Below are positions 25,691 to 37,300 of a stretch of 59,702 nucleotides of DNA, piece by piece. The translations under genes were made by a program, and so were the position numbers. This DNA comes from a virus (taxonomy: Duplodnaviria; Caudoviricetes): positions 1-59,702 of IMG/VR virus record IMGVR_UViG_3300020398_000001. One strand, written 5' to 3'. Under the pieces are notes generated by a model, which did no database searches, was not told the DNA's origin, and saw nothing but the letters and a program-made list of their open reading frames with translations. Numbering within the stretch: position 1 is the first letter of the stretch; every line of letters begins with the position of its first letter.

Positions 25691-26155
25691 ATGAAGTGGG
25701 AAGGTTTTCAATCTCTCGATTTAAGCAATGTCGAGCAAGCTGGGTCATTAAGACTGGCCCCCGGTGAATATGTAGCTGTCGCAGAAAACGCTAGAGTTGA
25801 GTCGATAGGCGAAACCAACAACAAAAGATTGGTAGTAGAGTTCGTGGATAGTGATGGAGCAGGGGATATAAGAACCTTTTTCAACCTTGTCCACACATCC
25901 GAACAGGCACAAACTATTGGGCATCGCCAACTCAAGACGTTCCTTGCCGCCGCAGCGCACCCTAATCCAGATAGGCCGGGGGATGTTGAAACTATTAATG
26001 GTTTAACATGCCGCATCACAGTTGGCATGGGCAAAGAATGGAAAGACCGTGATGGCAATGCTCGCAAGAATACGGAAGTTAAGCGTTGGTTGCCTGTGGG
26101 TGAAGTTGCCCCCCAGAAAAAGGCGGAGAAACTAGATGACGAAATCCCATTCTGA
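25691..26155 (+). CDS. ssDNA-binding protein (DUF669-like)
   Basis: LAPGEY N-terminus, acidic DDEIPF tail, follows Sak4. Confidence 0.75.
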   Translation: MKWEGFQSLDLSNVEQAGSLRLAPGEYVAVAENARVESIGETNNKRLVVEFVDSDGAGDIRTFFNLVHTSEQAQTIGHRQLKTFLAAAAHPNPDRPGDVETINGLTCRITVGMGKEWKDRDGNARKNTEVKRWLPVGEVAPQKKAEKLDDEIPF

Positions 26156-27017
26156 GGAATTTTCATTTAAGGACCTTAATCAACTCCTAGACCCAAACAA
26201 CTGCCTTGAAATTACACAGGCTATAGACGACGGCTACGACTCTGAGCCGCCTCAAAAGGCCCGGAACTATATAGGTGCTAGTAATATAGGGCATCCATGC
26301 GATGCCCTTCTTTCTTTCTCTCTTAGGGGGTTCCCAGAGACTTCCCCTGACGCCCGACTTAAAAGGATTTTTAAGCTAGGTCATATCTTAGAAGACGTAG
26401 TTATAAAAGATATGAAGGAAAAGGGTGACATCAGGGTATGGGAAAAGGATGGCCTAACTGGCAGACAACACGCTTATAACTTATTTGGTGGGCATGTTAA
26501 TGCCCACCTAGATGGGCACGTCGAGATACAGAATACAAAGACTCAATACTCAGAGATATCTGTCTTAGAAGTTAAGTCTATGAACGACGCGTCTTGGAAA
26601 AAGTATAAGAAATATGGCGTACGGAAATCTCACCCAAGGTATTTTGCCCAGTGTCAAATGATGATGGGGATGTCTGGGCTTGGGAAAACTTTATTCATTG
26701 CCTACAACAAGAATGACTCTTCATACTGGATTGAAGTGCTTACCTTTGATGAACTTGAGTATGCCAATTTGATGGCACGGATTGAGGTAATCTTTGCTAA
26801 CGAAGCGACAAAAATATCACACGACAAAACAGACTGGAGATGTAAGGGCTGTTTTAAGAGGGGAGTTTGTTGGGATGATGACCCCGTACCAGTAAGTTGT
26901 GAGACATGCCAACACGCACAGCCAAAAGAAAATGGAATTTGGTTTTGCAATGAGCATCAAAAAGAGGCTACAAAGGCTTGTAAAGACTATGATTTATATA
27001 GGCCGTTGCCACTATGA
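26136..27017 (+). CDS. Cas4-like PD-(D/E)XK exonuclease
   Basis: IGASNIGHPC...GH...HLDG...LEVKS...QCQ...CKGCFKRGVC (Fe-S Cys pattern). Confidence 0.85.
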   Translation: MTKSHSEEFSFKDLNQLLDPNNCLEITQAIDDGYDSEPPQKARNYIGASNIGHPCDALLSFSLRGFPETSPDARLKRIFKLGHILEDVVIKDMKEKGDIRVWEKDGLTGRQHAYNLFGGHVNAHLDGHVEIQNTKTQYSEISVLEVKSMNDASWKKYKKYGVRKSHPRYFAQCQMMMGMSGLGKTLFIAYNKNDSSYWIEVLTFDELEYANLMARIEVIFANEATKISHDKTDWRCKGCFKRGVCWDDDPVPVSCETCQHAQPKENGIWFCNEHQKEATKACKDYDLYRPLPL

Positions 27018-27268
27018 ACAGCCATTTAGAGGATCTCAAGTCTGAGATTACAAGACTATTTGTAGCCAAGTCTAAGGTCATCAAGATCGAAAACGAGATG
27101 GCAAGTATCAATGAGCATATGGAAGAGATACACGGCGACAATGGTGAGTTGGTTAGGGCGATAGACAAACGTAGACATTTACGTGAGAAACTTAGTGTCG
27201 CTCGCACTGATGTAGTAACCCATGAATATGAGATTAATACTATTAGAGCGGAATTAGATTATGCATAG
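27014..27268 (+). CDS. Coiled-coil hypothetical protein
   Basis: Overlap-coupled. Confidence 0.65.
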   Translation: MNSHLEDLKSEITRLFVAKSKVIKIENEMASINEHMEEIHGDNGELVRAIDKRRHLREKLSVARTDVVTHEYEINTIRAELDYA

Positions 27269-27599
27269 AAATGATTTCCTAGACAAAGCCTCCAAACTAA
27301 TCAATGGCCCACGGGCAGAAGATTATGGCGACGTCTTGGAAAATCACGAGCGTATAGCCAAAATATGGTCGGTAATTTTAGGCTGCAAAGTTAGTCCAGC
27401 ACAAGTTATCCTCTGTATGACAGGAGTGAAGATAGCAAGGCTAGTAGAGAAAAACGACAGTCAGGATGGGTGGACTGATATCATTGGGTATGGCGCCCTC
27501 GGCGGAGAAATCACTTCTTCTCCTGAGGCGCCCGATCCCCAAACCACCAAGCTATCGACATACCAGTCAAGTAAACACACTGATTTGCGATCTCAATAA
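27261..27599 (+). CDS. DUF6378-like protein
   Basis: INGPRAEDYGD...RIAKIWS...VKIARL...DGWTDIIGYGALGGE. Confidence 0.8.
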   Translation: MHRNDFLDKASKLINGPRAEDYGDVLENHERIAKIWSVILGCKVSPAQVILCMTGVKIARLVEKNDSQDGWTDIIGYGALGGEITSSPEAPDPQTTKLSTYQSSKHTDLRSQ

Positions 27600-27969
27600 C
27601 CATTGTACTTTCCCATGTCCAGACGATTGAGGCCGTAAGCCCAATCAACATGACGGTCAGGGTTGGGCGCACGAGACGAAGCACCGAAGACACCCACATA
27701 TAGGTAGTCCCAGACGATATGTCGTGTCTATAGGACTCTTTACGAACAGCCCCAGCCACTTTGTTCTGGACTATCACGCTCTCTGCCTCAAGTTCGTCTG
27801 CGTGTATGCGACCTTGGGCCTCAAGTATGGCCAATTCATGCGTGAATTCCAGAGCCATATTCTTTCGTTTTTCTCTGGTTTCCAGCCACCCGAATACCTT
27901 ACCTACGATAGACCCGAACAGCCCAGTTGCGCCCCCGAAGAACGCGGAGAGTAGAAACTCCATCACCAC
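27511..27969 (-). CDS. Holin-like membrane protein
   Basis: VRPTLT...WWFGDR with TM helices; directly after the endolysin. Confidence 0.7.
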   Translation of the reverse strand: MVMEFLLSAFFGGATGLFGSIVGKVFGWLETREKRKNMALEFTHELAILEAQGRIHADELEAESVIVQNKVAGAVRKESYRHDISSGTTYMWVSSVLRLVRPTLTVMLIGLTASIVWTWESTMVIEIANQCVYLTGMSIAWWFGDRAPQEKK

Positions 27970-28376
27970 CTCGCTATTGTGCCTCTGTCATCTATATGGA
28001 TAAACGTACTGTACGTGCCTATCCCACCGAATCCCACGTCTTCAGCTGCCTCTACAATAGCCTTTAGGGGCGTGTCCGCAATCACATCGAAGGCTGTCGA
28101 CGCCCGGACGTCTGTTGAGCGATGCTGACTGAAGGGCGCGCCCCCGACACGAGCATTGTGCAGCGGACACCGCGCTGCCGACAACACCGTCACCGGCTTT
28201 CTTATTCTTAGACGCAGATCTTGCAGCTTGTCTAGCGCGGCATTCGCAATGTGGGCTATTGGTTGTCCCTTGGCTGAGAACGAGCATGTTCCATCACATC
28301 CTTTGCATCTTAATTCGGACCATCTGAAATTTGGTCTTGCCCAGATTATCGAAGAGTACCTCTGTTTAATTTCCAT
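27963..28376 (-). CDS. Peptidase M15 endolysin
   Basis: NFRWSELRC...SAARCPLHNARVGGAPFSQH...AFD...FIHIDDR. Confidence 0.9.
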   Translation of the reverse strand: MEIKQRYSSIIWARPNFRWSELRCKGCDGTCSFSAKGQPIAHIANAALDKLQDLRLRIRKPVTVLSAARCPLHNARVGGAPFSQHRSTDVRASTAFDVIADTPLKAIVEAAEDVGFGGIGTYSTFIHIDDRGTIARW

Positions 28377-31300
28377 TTGCCACTGCTACTAGATTTTTCC
28401 TTTGCTGGAGGAAGCACTGCGTCTACCATATTCTCACGCGTAAATCTATTTTGGCCAACAAATGGGACACGGCTTGCTACCTCTCTTAGCGCCTGTCGTC
28501 GTTTGCCGGGTGGCCCTTCTGTTCCTTCTATACCTAAGTCCAGCAAGCCAGCGCCTGTGTTCCACGCTGATCCTAGCAAACCAACGGAAGGCCCACCTAA
28601 TGCTCCCAACATTCTTAATGTGCCATAAGCGCCGTCGTCTGCACTTTCAACACTTGAATGTATCATGTCTCCGAACAACCCAAATCCACCCAGTAACGCG
28701 AATCCCATTAGATAATGACCAATATACTTGTCTACATCCGTACCGTGGTATTTAGGATTATAACCAAAAGCCGACATGAAAGCCTCGGCACCTCGCCCAG
28801 CCATAGTCTCGCTAATCCTGTGCGCTCTGGTTTCGGCGCTTCTGTTGTCTTCGCCTCCCCGGAATTGGATAAAATCTTTAGCGGTGTTTGCCGCTAGGCC
28901 ACCGGCTGGGCCTAATGTAAACAGAAGTCCTACTCTGGCAGGGTTGCCTACCCCTCGCACACGATCAGGGTCCTTCAATTTCCACCAACCCATGTCATGC
29001 CCAAAAAGTTTTGTGTCGTTTACCAGAACTTCATTGACTAATCTTCCCATCATCAACGGGAATGTTTTTAACTGGGCTACCAGTGCCATAGTAGGAGTCT
29101 GTGCCCAATGAGGAACATCATTTGCGTTCGGCACAAATGTCGCCTCCTTGGAAAACTTTATCATGGCCTCGGCAAACAATTTATGGTGGGCGCCACCATC
29201 AGGCAAACTAGCATCTGTCGTCGCCGCTATTAAGCCTGACTCTAGGCCATCAAGTGAAATGTGCGCCTTAGGGCCAGAGGGTAAGTATTCCTCCAACCCA
29301 TAGACCCGTAGAAATCTCCTTGCTACTTTATATTTTCTTGATTGCTTTGAGTCTGGAAGACCCGGCCTGTACTGCGCGTTGGCTATTCTTTGCTGTGCTT
29401 TAAATGATTCGTAACCAATAGCGGCGGATACCTTCGACATAAAATCTGTCCAAGGTGTAAGCAGGGTGGCGTTGTGAAAGGCGGTGCTTAATTTACCGTC
29501 TGTTGCCCCATATCCGTAGACCATTCGTTCATGGACTATATTCTCAATGGCTGTGCCAGTATTTCGGAACATGGTTCTGTAGTCTGAATCAGTGGCGTAT
29601 CTTCTCCATGCTTTTAAGGCAGACCCCATGCTTCCAGATCTAATAACAGGAAGAATAACATCCCCCATAGACGTAAACATCGTGTATGACAGCAATGTAA
29701 TATTATTAAATTGTCTAATGGCTCTCGAAGCCTGCAATCCGGGCTTGCCTAGCGCCCCAAGCACTGGTTTTTTGTTGTAAACCGACATCATATTATCAAG
29801 GTGATCATAATGAGTGCTGTTGATTCTTTTGAAGAGATGTCCCTCAGGAGTCTTGGAATCGTCCAAGGCGCCTAAGATTGCTTCCATCCGAACTTCATAT
29901 GGCTTGGGTAGTTTGCCACCACTAGATGGGATCAGAGTTTTTTCACCAAGTTCTCTTAATAAGAATTCTGCACCCGGTCGGCCCTCTCTTAAATGAGTAT
30001 CAATGATATCATCGACCCATGCCTTTTGTTGATCCGGGGAAAGACGTCCATCGGAGAATGGCATCTGAGTAGTAAGTGTCATCATTACTGGAGAATGACC
30101 GCTCTCTCCAATGTAGTCACCAGTGTCTTGGTCAAAAGTTATTCGTTCCCCTGTCGATGCTGTTTTCCTGAATACTTTATTAGCAGTTAGTAGCCTGTGT
30201 ATTGCCTCTTTCCCGCCTGACATAACTGATTGGTAATCATTTAGGCCATGAGTATTCATTCCGAATTTGTCTACCATTAAATATCTACGCGTAGACGCTT
30301 CAAAATATTTGGTAAGGATAAAATCTATGTCACCCTCAAGGAATGGCTCCAAGTCTTTGAGAGCCGAAGGGTGTTTGTCTAAGTGTATAATTCTACTGAA
30401 ATCTATGTTCTCAGCGGCAGATGACGTCTTGGCATGCTCTGGGAATATGATGCCGTCACTGGTGTCTTCCTGAAGTCTGTTTGCCACCGCACGGGCGCTG
30501 GCTTCAAGCCCCTCTCGACTGGACTCATCTACTTCAATCCCCTTGGCCAGCCTCTCTATTGTGAAATAGCGGACTAATGCGTCTATAAATTCAGGGGTGT
30601 TTGCCTTGATAGCCTCTCCTCTCCAAATTTGTGGGAAATACTTATCTCCTCTGTCGCCCATCCATTGCCCAGCGGCAACAAGAGCCTTGCGTTCGTTAAT
30701 AAACGCAGCCTGAATAGATTCTGCGACATCTCTTTCCTTTGTTGTGAGAGACTTGAATTGCCTGCTATCGTTTCCACGTCTAAGCGCCCTTACAATTCTT
30801 CCCCAGCTTTCGGGTTGACCCACAATCTTACCAACAGCCCGGCCCGCGGCAGATCTACCAAAGCGGCCTAATGTCCCAATCTCCCCTACCTTAGACCCCC
30901 ATCTTTGGGCAGCATTTTTGGCGTCAGGCAATTCCTGCAATTGATCCTTTAGCTTGAAATATATACTGGCGAAACGTCTATGGTGCTGCGGGAAAAATCC
31001 ACCAAACCAATCAGCTGCCCAATGGAATCCGTCCCGATCCATGCGCTCTGAATTATTACGCAAGTGTATGTTGCTCAGAAGACGCACTTGTTCGACATTA
31101 CCTTCTGTGAAGGGACCGCGCTTGCGCTTCCATCTATCAAGCATCTCTGCCTCTGCCGGAGGCATCCCCTCTGCCTCCAGATCGTCCGGCAAACTACCGG
31201 CGTTTCTTCCATCATTAACAATCGTGTTGTTCATATCACGACGTAAGACATCGTTCGCAGCACCTTCAAAGTCGCTGTAATAAATTCTCGCGTCACGATC

Positions 31301-34300
31301 TGAGAATGTAGCTGCCTCTATATGCCTTACTTGGTCGGTGTCGAATGCCACCAAGCCATGAGAACCGGCGTCTACCATACGACCATCCGAAGCACGGTAC
31401 GTGCGAGAATGGAAAATAGACATGCTGTCATATCCAAATTCTTGCAGCATGCCACGAATAACCTCTGGTGGATTTGTCTTGTTATAGCGGCTTGTACTTA
31501 CGCCGCCTGCAATCAATTCTTCTAATACTTCAAGTAAGTCTGCTCCCGTTATTTCCGTGTCTTGTGTGTAATCAGCGTCCTGTTCCCCACGTCGGGCCGC
31601 CGCTGACATCCCGAATAACTCACCATGAAAGTCCCTTACGTCTTCATCATCTATTATGCGGTTCTGATGTAACCAAGCCAGAGATCTCTGGATTAATGGC
31701 GCGTCACTGGCATACAGTGTATTGGCGTCAAAAGCTGCGGTGTTTACTGCCCTAACATAAGTTGGAGTTACTCTAGGCGTTATGTCTACACCCAATTCAC
31801 CCATTCTTTCTTCAATGGAAGCGTCCAAATCTAGGAGTTCAGTTAATCTCGATCTTGTGTCAGAGGCATCTTCGAAAAAATTCGTAGTCGGGAAGCCTCT
31901 TCGCACATTATCTTGGAAAGCAAGTCTTGCTTGAATTTCAGAAATTTCTTGTTTGGTTTCAAAGGAGTCTTGTGCAAGTGCCAGTAACTCCTCTCTGTCT
32001 CCCTTAGTCCATCCCTTTCCGGGCTTGGACTCGGCGTTTATGGAATCAAGCAATTTGGTAGATTGAACTGGCGTTGATCCTTCTGGGCTATCTTGATCCC
32101 ATATATTATCCCTAAGTCTCCCCGCCCTTTTCGGTTCCAAGTAAAGACTAATTCCATAGCCTCCTGATCTGTCGGGGCGACCGGCGGTGTTTGAAGAAGA
32201 CATTTCTAATTCATCTACGTTGGAGAGCCTTTGGCTTCCCCAAGTATTCGCGTGGTAATAGACAACCGGCTCTCCGTTGACAGACGTAAATCTGTTGCCG
32301 GTACGTACAAAGTCTGAAATAAGTTCTCTTCGGCCATCGGACGATTCCAACAGCGAGCGTCTTGCTACCCTAGCCGCGTGTTGGTACGGAACAGTAAGTT
32401 GCCCCTTGAACGCCGTATAGACTGGATCGCCTGCCGGTTTCTCAAACATATCCCCATAGAACATCATGCGGCGATACGTCTGTTTTATATCATCACGACC
32501 AATTAACCCATTAACAACGTAAGATACATATTCTACTAGACGATCAACTGCTTTATTAAGATCGCCTCTTAACTGTACATTCTCTAATGTGGTGTCAGAC
32601 GAAAGTTTAAACGCATCATTTTTTGTTACGCGCTCAGAAAGATATTGCGCCCACCCCTCTACAAACCACTCTTCTGCCGCCACGTCTTCAATGGCATCGT
32701 TGGTTAACTTGGGATAATTTTTTGAAGCGCGGGTGCCAAATAACTTTCTTGAGTCTGGGCCAGAAAGTTTGAAGGCTGCCCTGATGGCAGTCATCTCGTC
32801 GTCTGGGAATTGTGCAGCCCTTAAAGTAGCATGGCCAATTTCATGCATAATCTGGATAGGCGTCACTTCACCTTTATTTAAACCAATAGATAACTTCCGT
32901 AAGTCCTTTCGTAACTTGGAAAATTCAGGCCCGGTGAAGTCACTGAACACGGCAGACGGATTGCCCACTGGCTCTACCCCTGCGAGCGCAGCGACATCAG
33001 CAACGGTCATAACATTTACCTCGCCTATGCGAGACGTCGACTTACCGGCTAAATTTAACATCCTGTACAACATGGTTCTGGCGACATGCTGTATCTCTGG
33101 GTCACGGTGAGTGAGGTAGCTAAGCATAACTCTAGCACCACCAGACGCCCACTGCGGTATCCCGTCGTCTGAAGATAGACCTCTGTTGGCGTCAATTTCA
33201 TTATCCACAAACGCACGCATCTCAGATATCAACGGTTGAATTTTAATTGAGTCCTTGCGTTGATGGATACGTCTGGACATTTCATAAGATAGTTGGTTAA
33301 CTTTATCCCAATCCCCTTGTCTAAACGCCTCTAAGTATGACGCTTCCAATTCATGCTTCTTAGCCTGTCTTATTTCCTTGGTAATTGGAATTTGTTGTTC
33401 CTGCACCGGCCATGTTTTTGATTTCTCAAGTAGGAACAATTCAATTTGCCTGCCTTTTGGAGTGCCAACATGGTCGCCGTACTCAACAAGAAGCTCTGTC
33501 CTAGTAAGGGATTTCAATGACTGAGATGTAGCGGCGTCTACCTCTTTAGACGCAGCTGCTGGTTTTACTTTAAGCCCTTTCCTTATCTTTTCTGAAGCTG
33601 CTTGCACAGACTTATGGCTCTTTTTGTTTGCCTTACTGCGTTGCTTCCTACGAACAATCTGGTTCACAGCGCGACGACCTCTTTTGATTCCCCTACCGCG
33701 CGCGCTAGGCGGTATATCCTGCATACTCAAGCCTTCAGCTTTTGCATATGCGTCTTCAAGACTTTCCTTTACCAGTAATATGGCATGTTGCAGAGAGGTA
33801 TGCCCCATAACAACTGATTGGCTGTCAGAAGTATATTCACCAAATTTCCCTTTAGCCGGGAATGTGCCCGCCATACTTGTCGGGACCCACGGACCCTCAT
33901 ATAGCTGCCTAATTTCTTCTGCTTGTTCAGCGACGAGTTTTGATTCTGCAAACGCAGGGTCATACCCGCTGTCTATTATTTGAAAGCCAGCTGAATCGAG
34001 TTCATATTCAGCCTCAGTATATTGATGAGTGCCTCCTAAGAATTCACCGAGGGTTTCGACGTCTATAATCCCTTCGTTTATCCAATCCTGCGTTGCAGGA
34101 TCTCCTATAGCCCGGAATCCCTTAAAGATATGGCTTAAATCCAACAGGCGGTGACGTAATATTTTTGCTGTTTTAGCCAGAGTATCGTAATGATGATACT
34201 TACGTTTTACAGTATCGTATGACATCTGTCTGGCGATCCAATCTCGTATTTCCCCCGCCGCATAAACTATATTTTGAGGATCGTTTTTCAGATTGCCGTC

Positions 34301-37300
34301 AGCATCCTTGTTTTTAAGAGCAATCTCTAGTTTTAGCTGTAAGTCCTTTAGTTGTGTGAATTTAAATAGATGATGTCTCCCGGCTTTTGTTTCCGGTTCG
34401 CCAGCACTTTTCCACATCCACTTGAGTCTTTCCGGCTCTGGTAGAATCTTAGAAAACAGAGGCTCTAAGTCCGGGTCAATTAAGTCCTTATTAAAGTAAC
34501 GGCTAAATACATCTTTGACGTAAGCTGCTATCCGACGCCAATAATTTTCATCATTCCAAACTCCCTCAGACGCCCCTTGCGTGGCCCACTGGGAAAATTG
34601 TTGGGCAAAAAATTCCTGCGGACTATCCGTACTGTTGGAGTGGAAGGAAAGCGGTTTGCCGTCTGCGGAAGTAAATGGCGCTACTTCCTTTACGGCAAGT
34701 TTATGTCTAACGTGATCCGCTCTGAGGCCACCTTCTGGAGAGTAATATTTTCTCATCGCATCCCAGAATTCCGCCCTGTCTTCCGGGGTAAGGATATGTT
34801 GGTATGCCCAATGAGCTACCTCATGGTATAGACGAGGAAGAGCAGGCATCAATTCATCGTTGGGATTAATAACAACATGACTAGCAACAGGCCCGCCGCG
34901 AACTAACTTCGGCGTTTGACCGAAAAAATTAGATATAAGTCTTTGCTCTTTCCCCCCTGCGAATACATAGGCATTCTCTAAAGGAGAAGTGTCTTTGGAT
35001 GCCGGTATTATTATTGGGGCATGATGGGGGCTACCGCCTAACGACTCAATAAATGATTTCGCTTCAGCAATTACGTCTGGGTCAAATCTACTGAATATTT
35101 TCCCTATATTATTAACCGCAGCTGCCCTGTCTGCCTCAGGCAAAACAAATCCCTCAGGCACAGATTCTCTTATCCTACTATGGAGCATATAGATTGCGTC
35201 TATATGCTCTTCCAGATCTTGCGCCCTCGCTGGCCAGTTTGATTGTGTGTCAAGAAAATTTACTACCGTATTCGCGACTTTAACCGGGATATTAATTACT
35301 GGCTCATCCTCCAGCGAGAATTCCCCAATAGTCCTATTGCGGACCGTATCGGCCTCCATTGACCAGACTCGTTCAATGCTGTTTCCCAGTTCAGGTCTGG
35401 CTCTTGCTAATTTAATTCTCTCGGCAATTTTTTCAATTTCCCACTTAGCAAATCTTACTGTTACGCCATCAGCCTCGGTGCTATTTAATATTAGTGGCCG
35501 CCCACGGCCCGTGGCATCGCCACGGAACCGGGTGTTCATTGAGTCTCTTACACGACCTTCGGTTTCATTAACTTCCATTTTCGCAAGGCCAGATTGTTCC
35601 CAAGCCTCTAGCCTGCTGTTTATCATGTGGTAATCTGCTTCAGCAGGGACCCATCGTTTTTCCCACATATTAGGATCAGATTTCGGGCCAGCCTTCTGCC
35701 CTATAATGTCCTTGATCGTAGCGCCTTCTTTAATTTGGCGGGGGCTTGGGACCCTGAGATCAACTTCTTCGTCAATATTTTGTTTGCCCTTATACCGAAG
35801 CATTATCACCATATCGCCCTTCGGACTATTAAGTGACATACCAGCTTTTGGGTATTCGACTGGAGTAGGCTGCGTTGCAAGTGCCTTTAATTCTGGCGCT
35901 ATATTCTCCGGCGTGTCTGCATTTCTTGCTATTACTTCTGCTACTTGCTCGGGTGTGATCCGTGGTTGTGTTGCTCTGGTAGGCTCTGTACTTGCGTCTA
36001 CGCCCCTGTGTCTAAGAGCATATTCTTCGCTATCGAATACTTGTTTTTGCTTTATGTCTGCGAAAACAATCTGTCCGGGTCTAGCCAATACAGACCCATG
36101 CGGTGAATGTATCCTTTCGCCATCGGCCGCTTCGTAGGGGACAATCCCCAAAGTCTTAGACTTGTCGACTAAGTTAACTCCACTGCGGGTTACGCGACTC
36201 CCGTTAAAAGCAATTTTTAATTCCTCTGGGGTGGGCTTTCTAAGCAACCTACTTAAAGTCCTCACCCCCGCCTCGTCGCCTGCTGCTTCAGCTTTATCAA
36301 GTCTTTTTTTCAGTGACCTTATTTCTTTTTGAGTTAACTCTCGGTATGGCTCCACCTCTTTTTCGGCAATCTGCCATGCTTCTGTCCTTGAGAGATTCTG
36401 TGGGTTAAGATTGATGTCTTCGCGCGCTCCTATACCAGCGCCGATTATGCTTCTGTCTGGGATCATTTTCCCAGTGCCGTCATCTCTCCATTCTGTACCT
36501 CGCCCGCTTCTTAATATGTTTTGAATTCTGCCGGTTGCTGGGTCTTTGCCAGCAGTTGTTAAGAGTGCTGCCCTCTCTATTTTTGCTTGCGCTGAACGAG
36601 GCTGCTCTTTTTTAGACGTTGTTTGCACCTTTCGCGCCGCAGTCATACGCTTGGTATCTTGGAACGCTAATGCCCTTGCGCTTTCTACGTCTTCGGGTTT
36701 TAAGCTCCCTCCGAATGTTTGTGTTATGTGATGGGTTAAGCGTTCGTTGTATATGTCCATCTCTTGTGGCGTCAGGAGCTTTTCGAAAATTTCGCTCGGC
36801 GGCTCACCACCACTTGCTACCATTTGAGACGAATCGGCGTCGTCTATGAGCGCCTCAAAACGCTGTATATTAGCTTGGTCTAAAGCCCACGCCTCTTCCC
36901 ACACCTTCATTACTGAATCAACAGCGTGTTCAAGCTCAGTTCCTTGTAGACCACGTTGGGCCTGTAAACTATTTGCAAGAGTTTTTGCGGTGTTGCGTAA
37001 ATCGTCTGCGGTCATGCCACCTGCTCCGGCGGCCAGTTTCTCAAGCACCCCGCGAATTTCTATTACATCCCCATCGACCTCTTCAGCACTTAGTAAGCGA
37101 ACTTCAGGCTGTCCCTCAGGGGTTGATGGACGTTCCCTTTTCCATTTTGCAATTTTCTTTAATTGGGCCGAGCCTATTTTCTTAGTCTTGCTTAGAGCAT
37201 CCTCTTCGCCCACTGCGTCTATATAGGCCCGGATATCTTCGTCGCTTAATTTTAATTGTTCGGCCCAAGCTCTTGGGTTGGCTGGTTTCCCCTCCTTATC

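Noticed and set aside
26136-27017. Cas4 as part of a CRISPR-Cas system
   Set aside because: Stand-alone phage exonuclease within a Sak4/SSB module; no array or other cas genes
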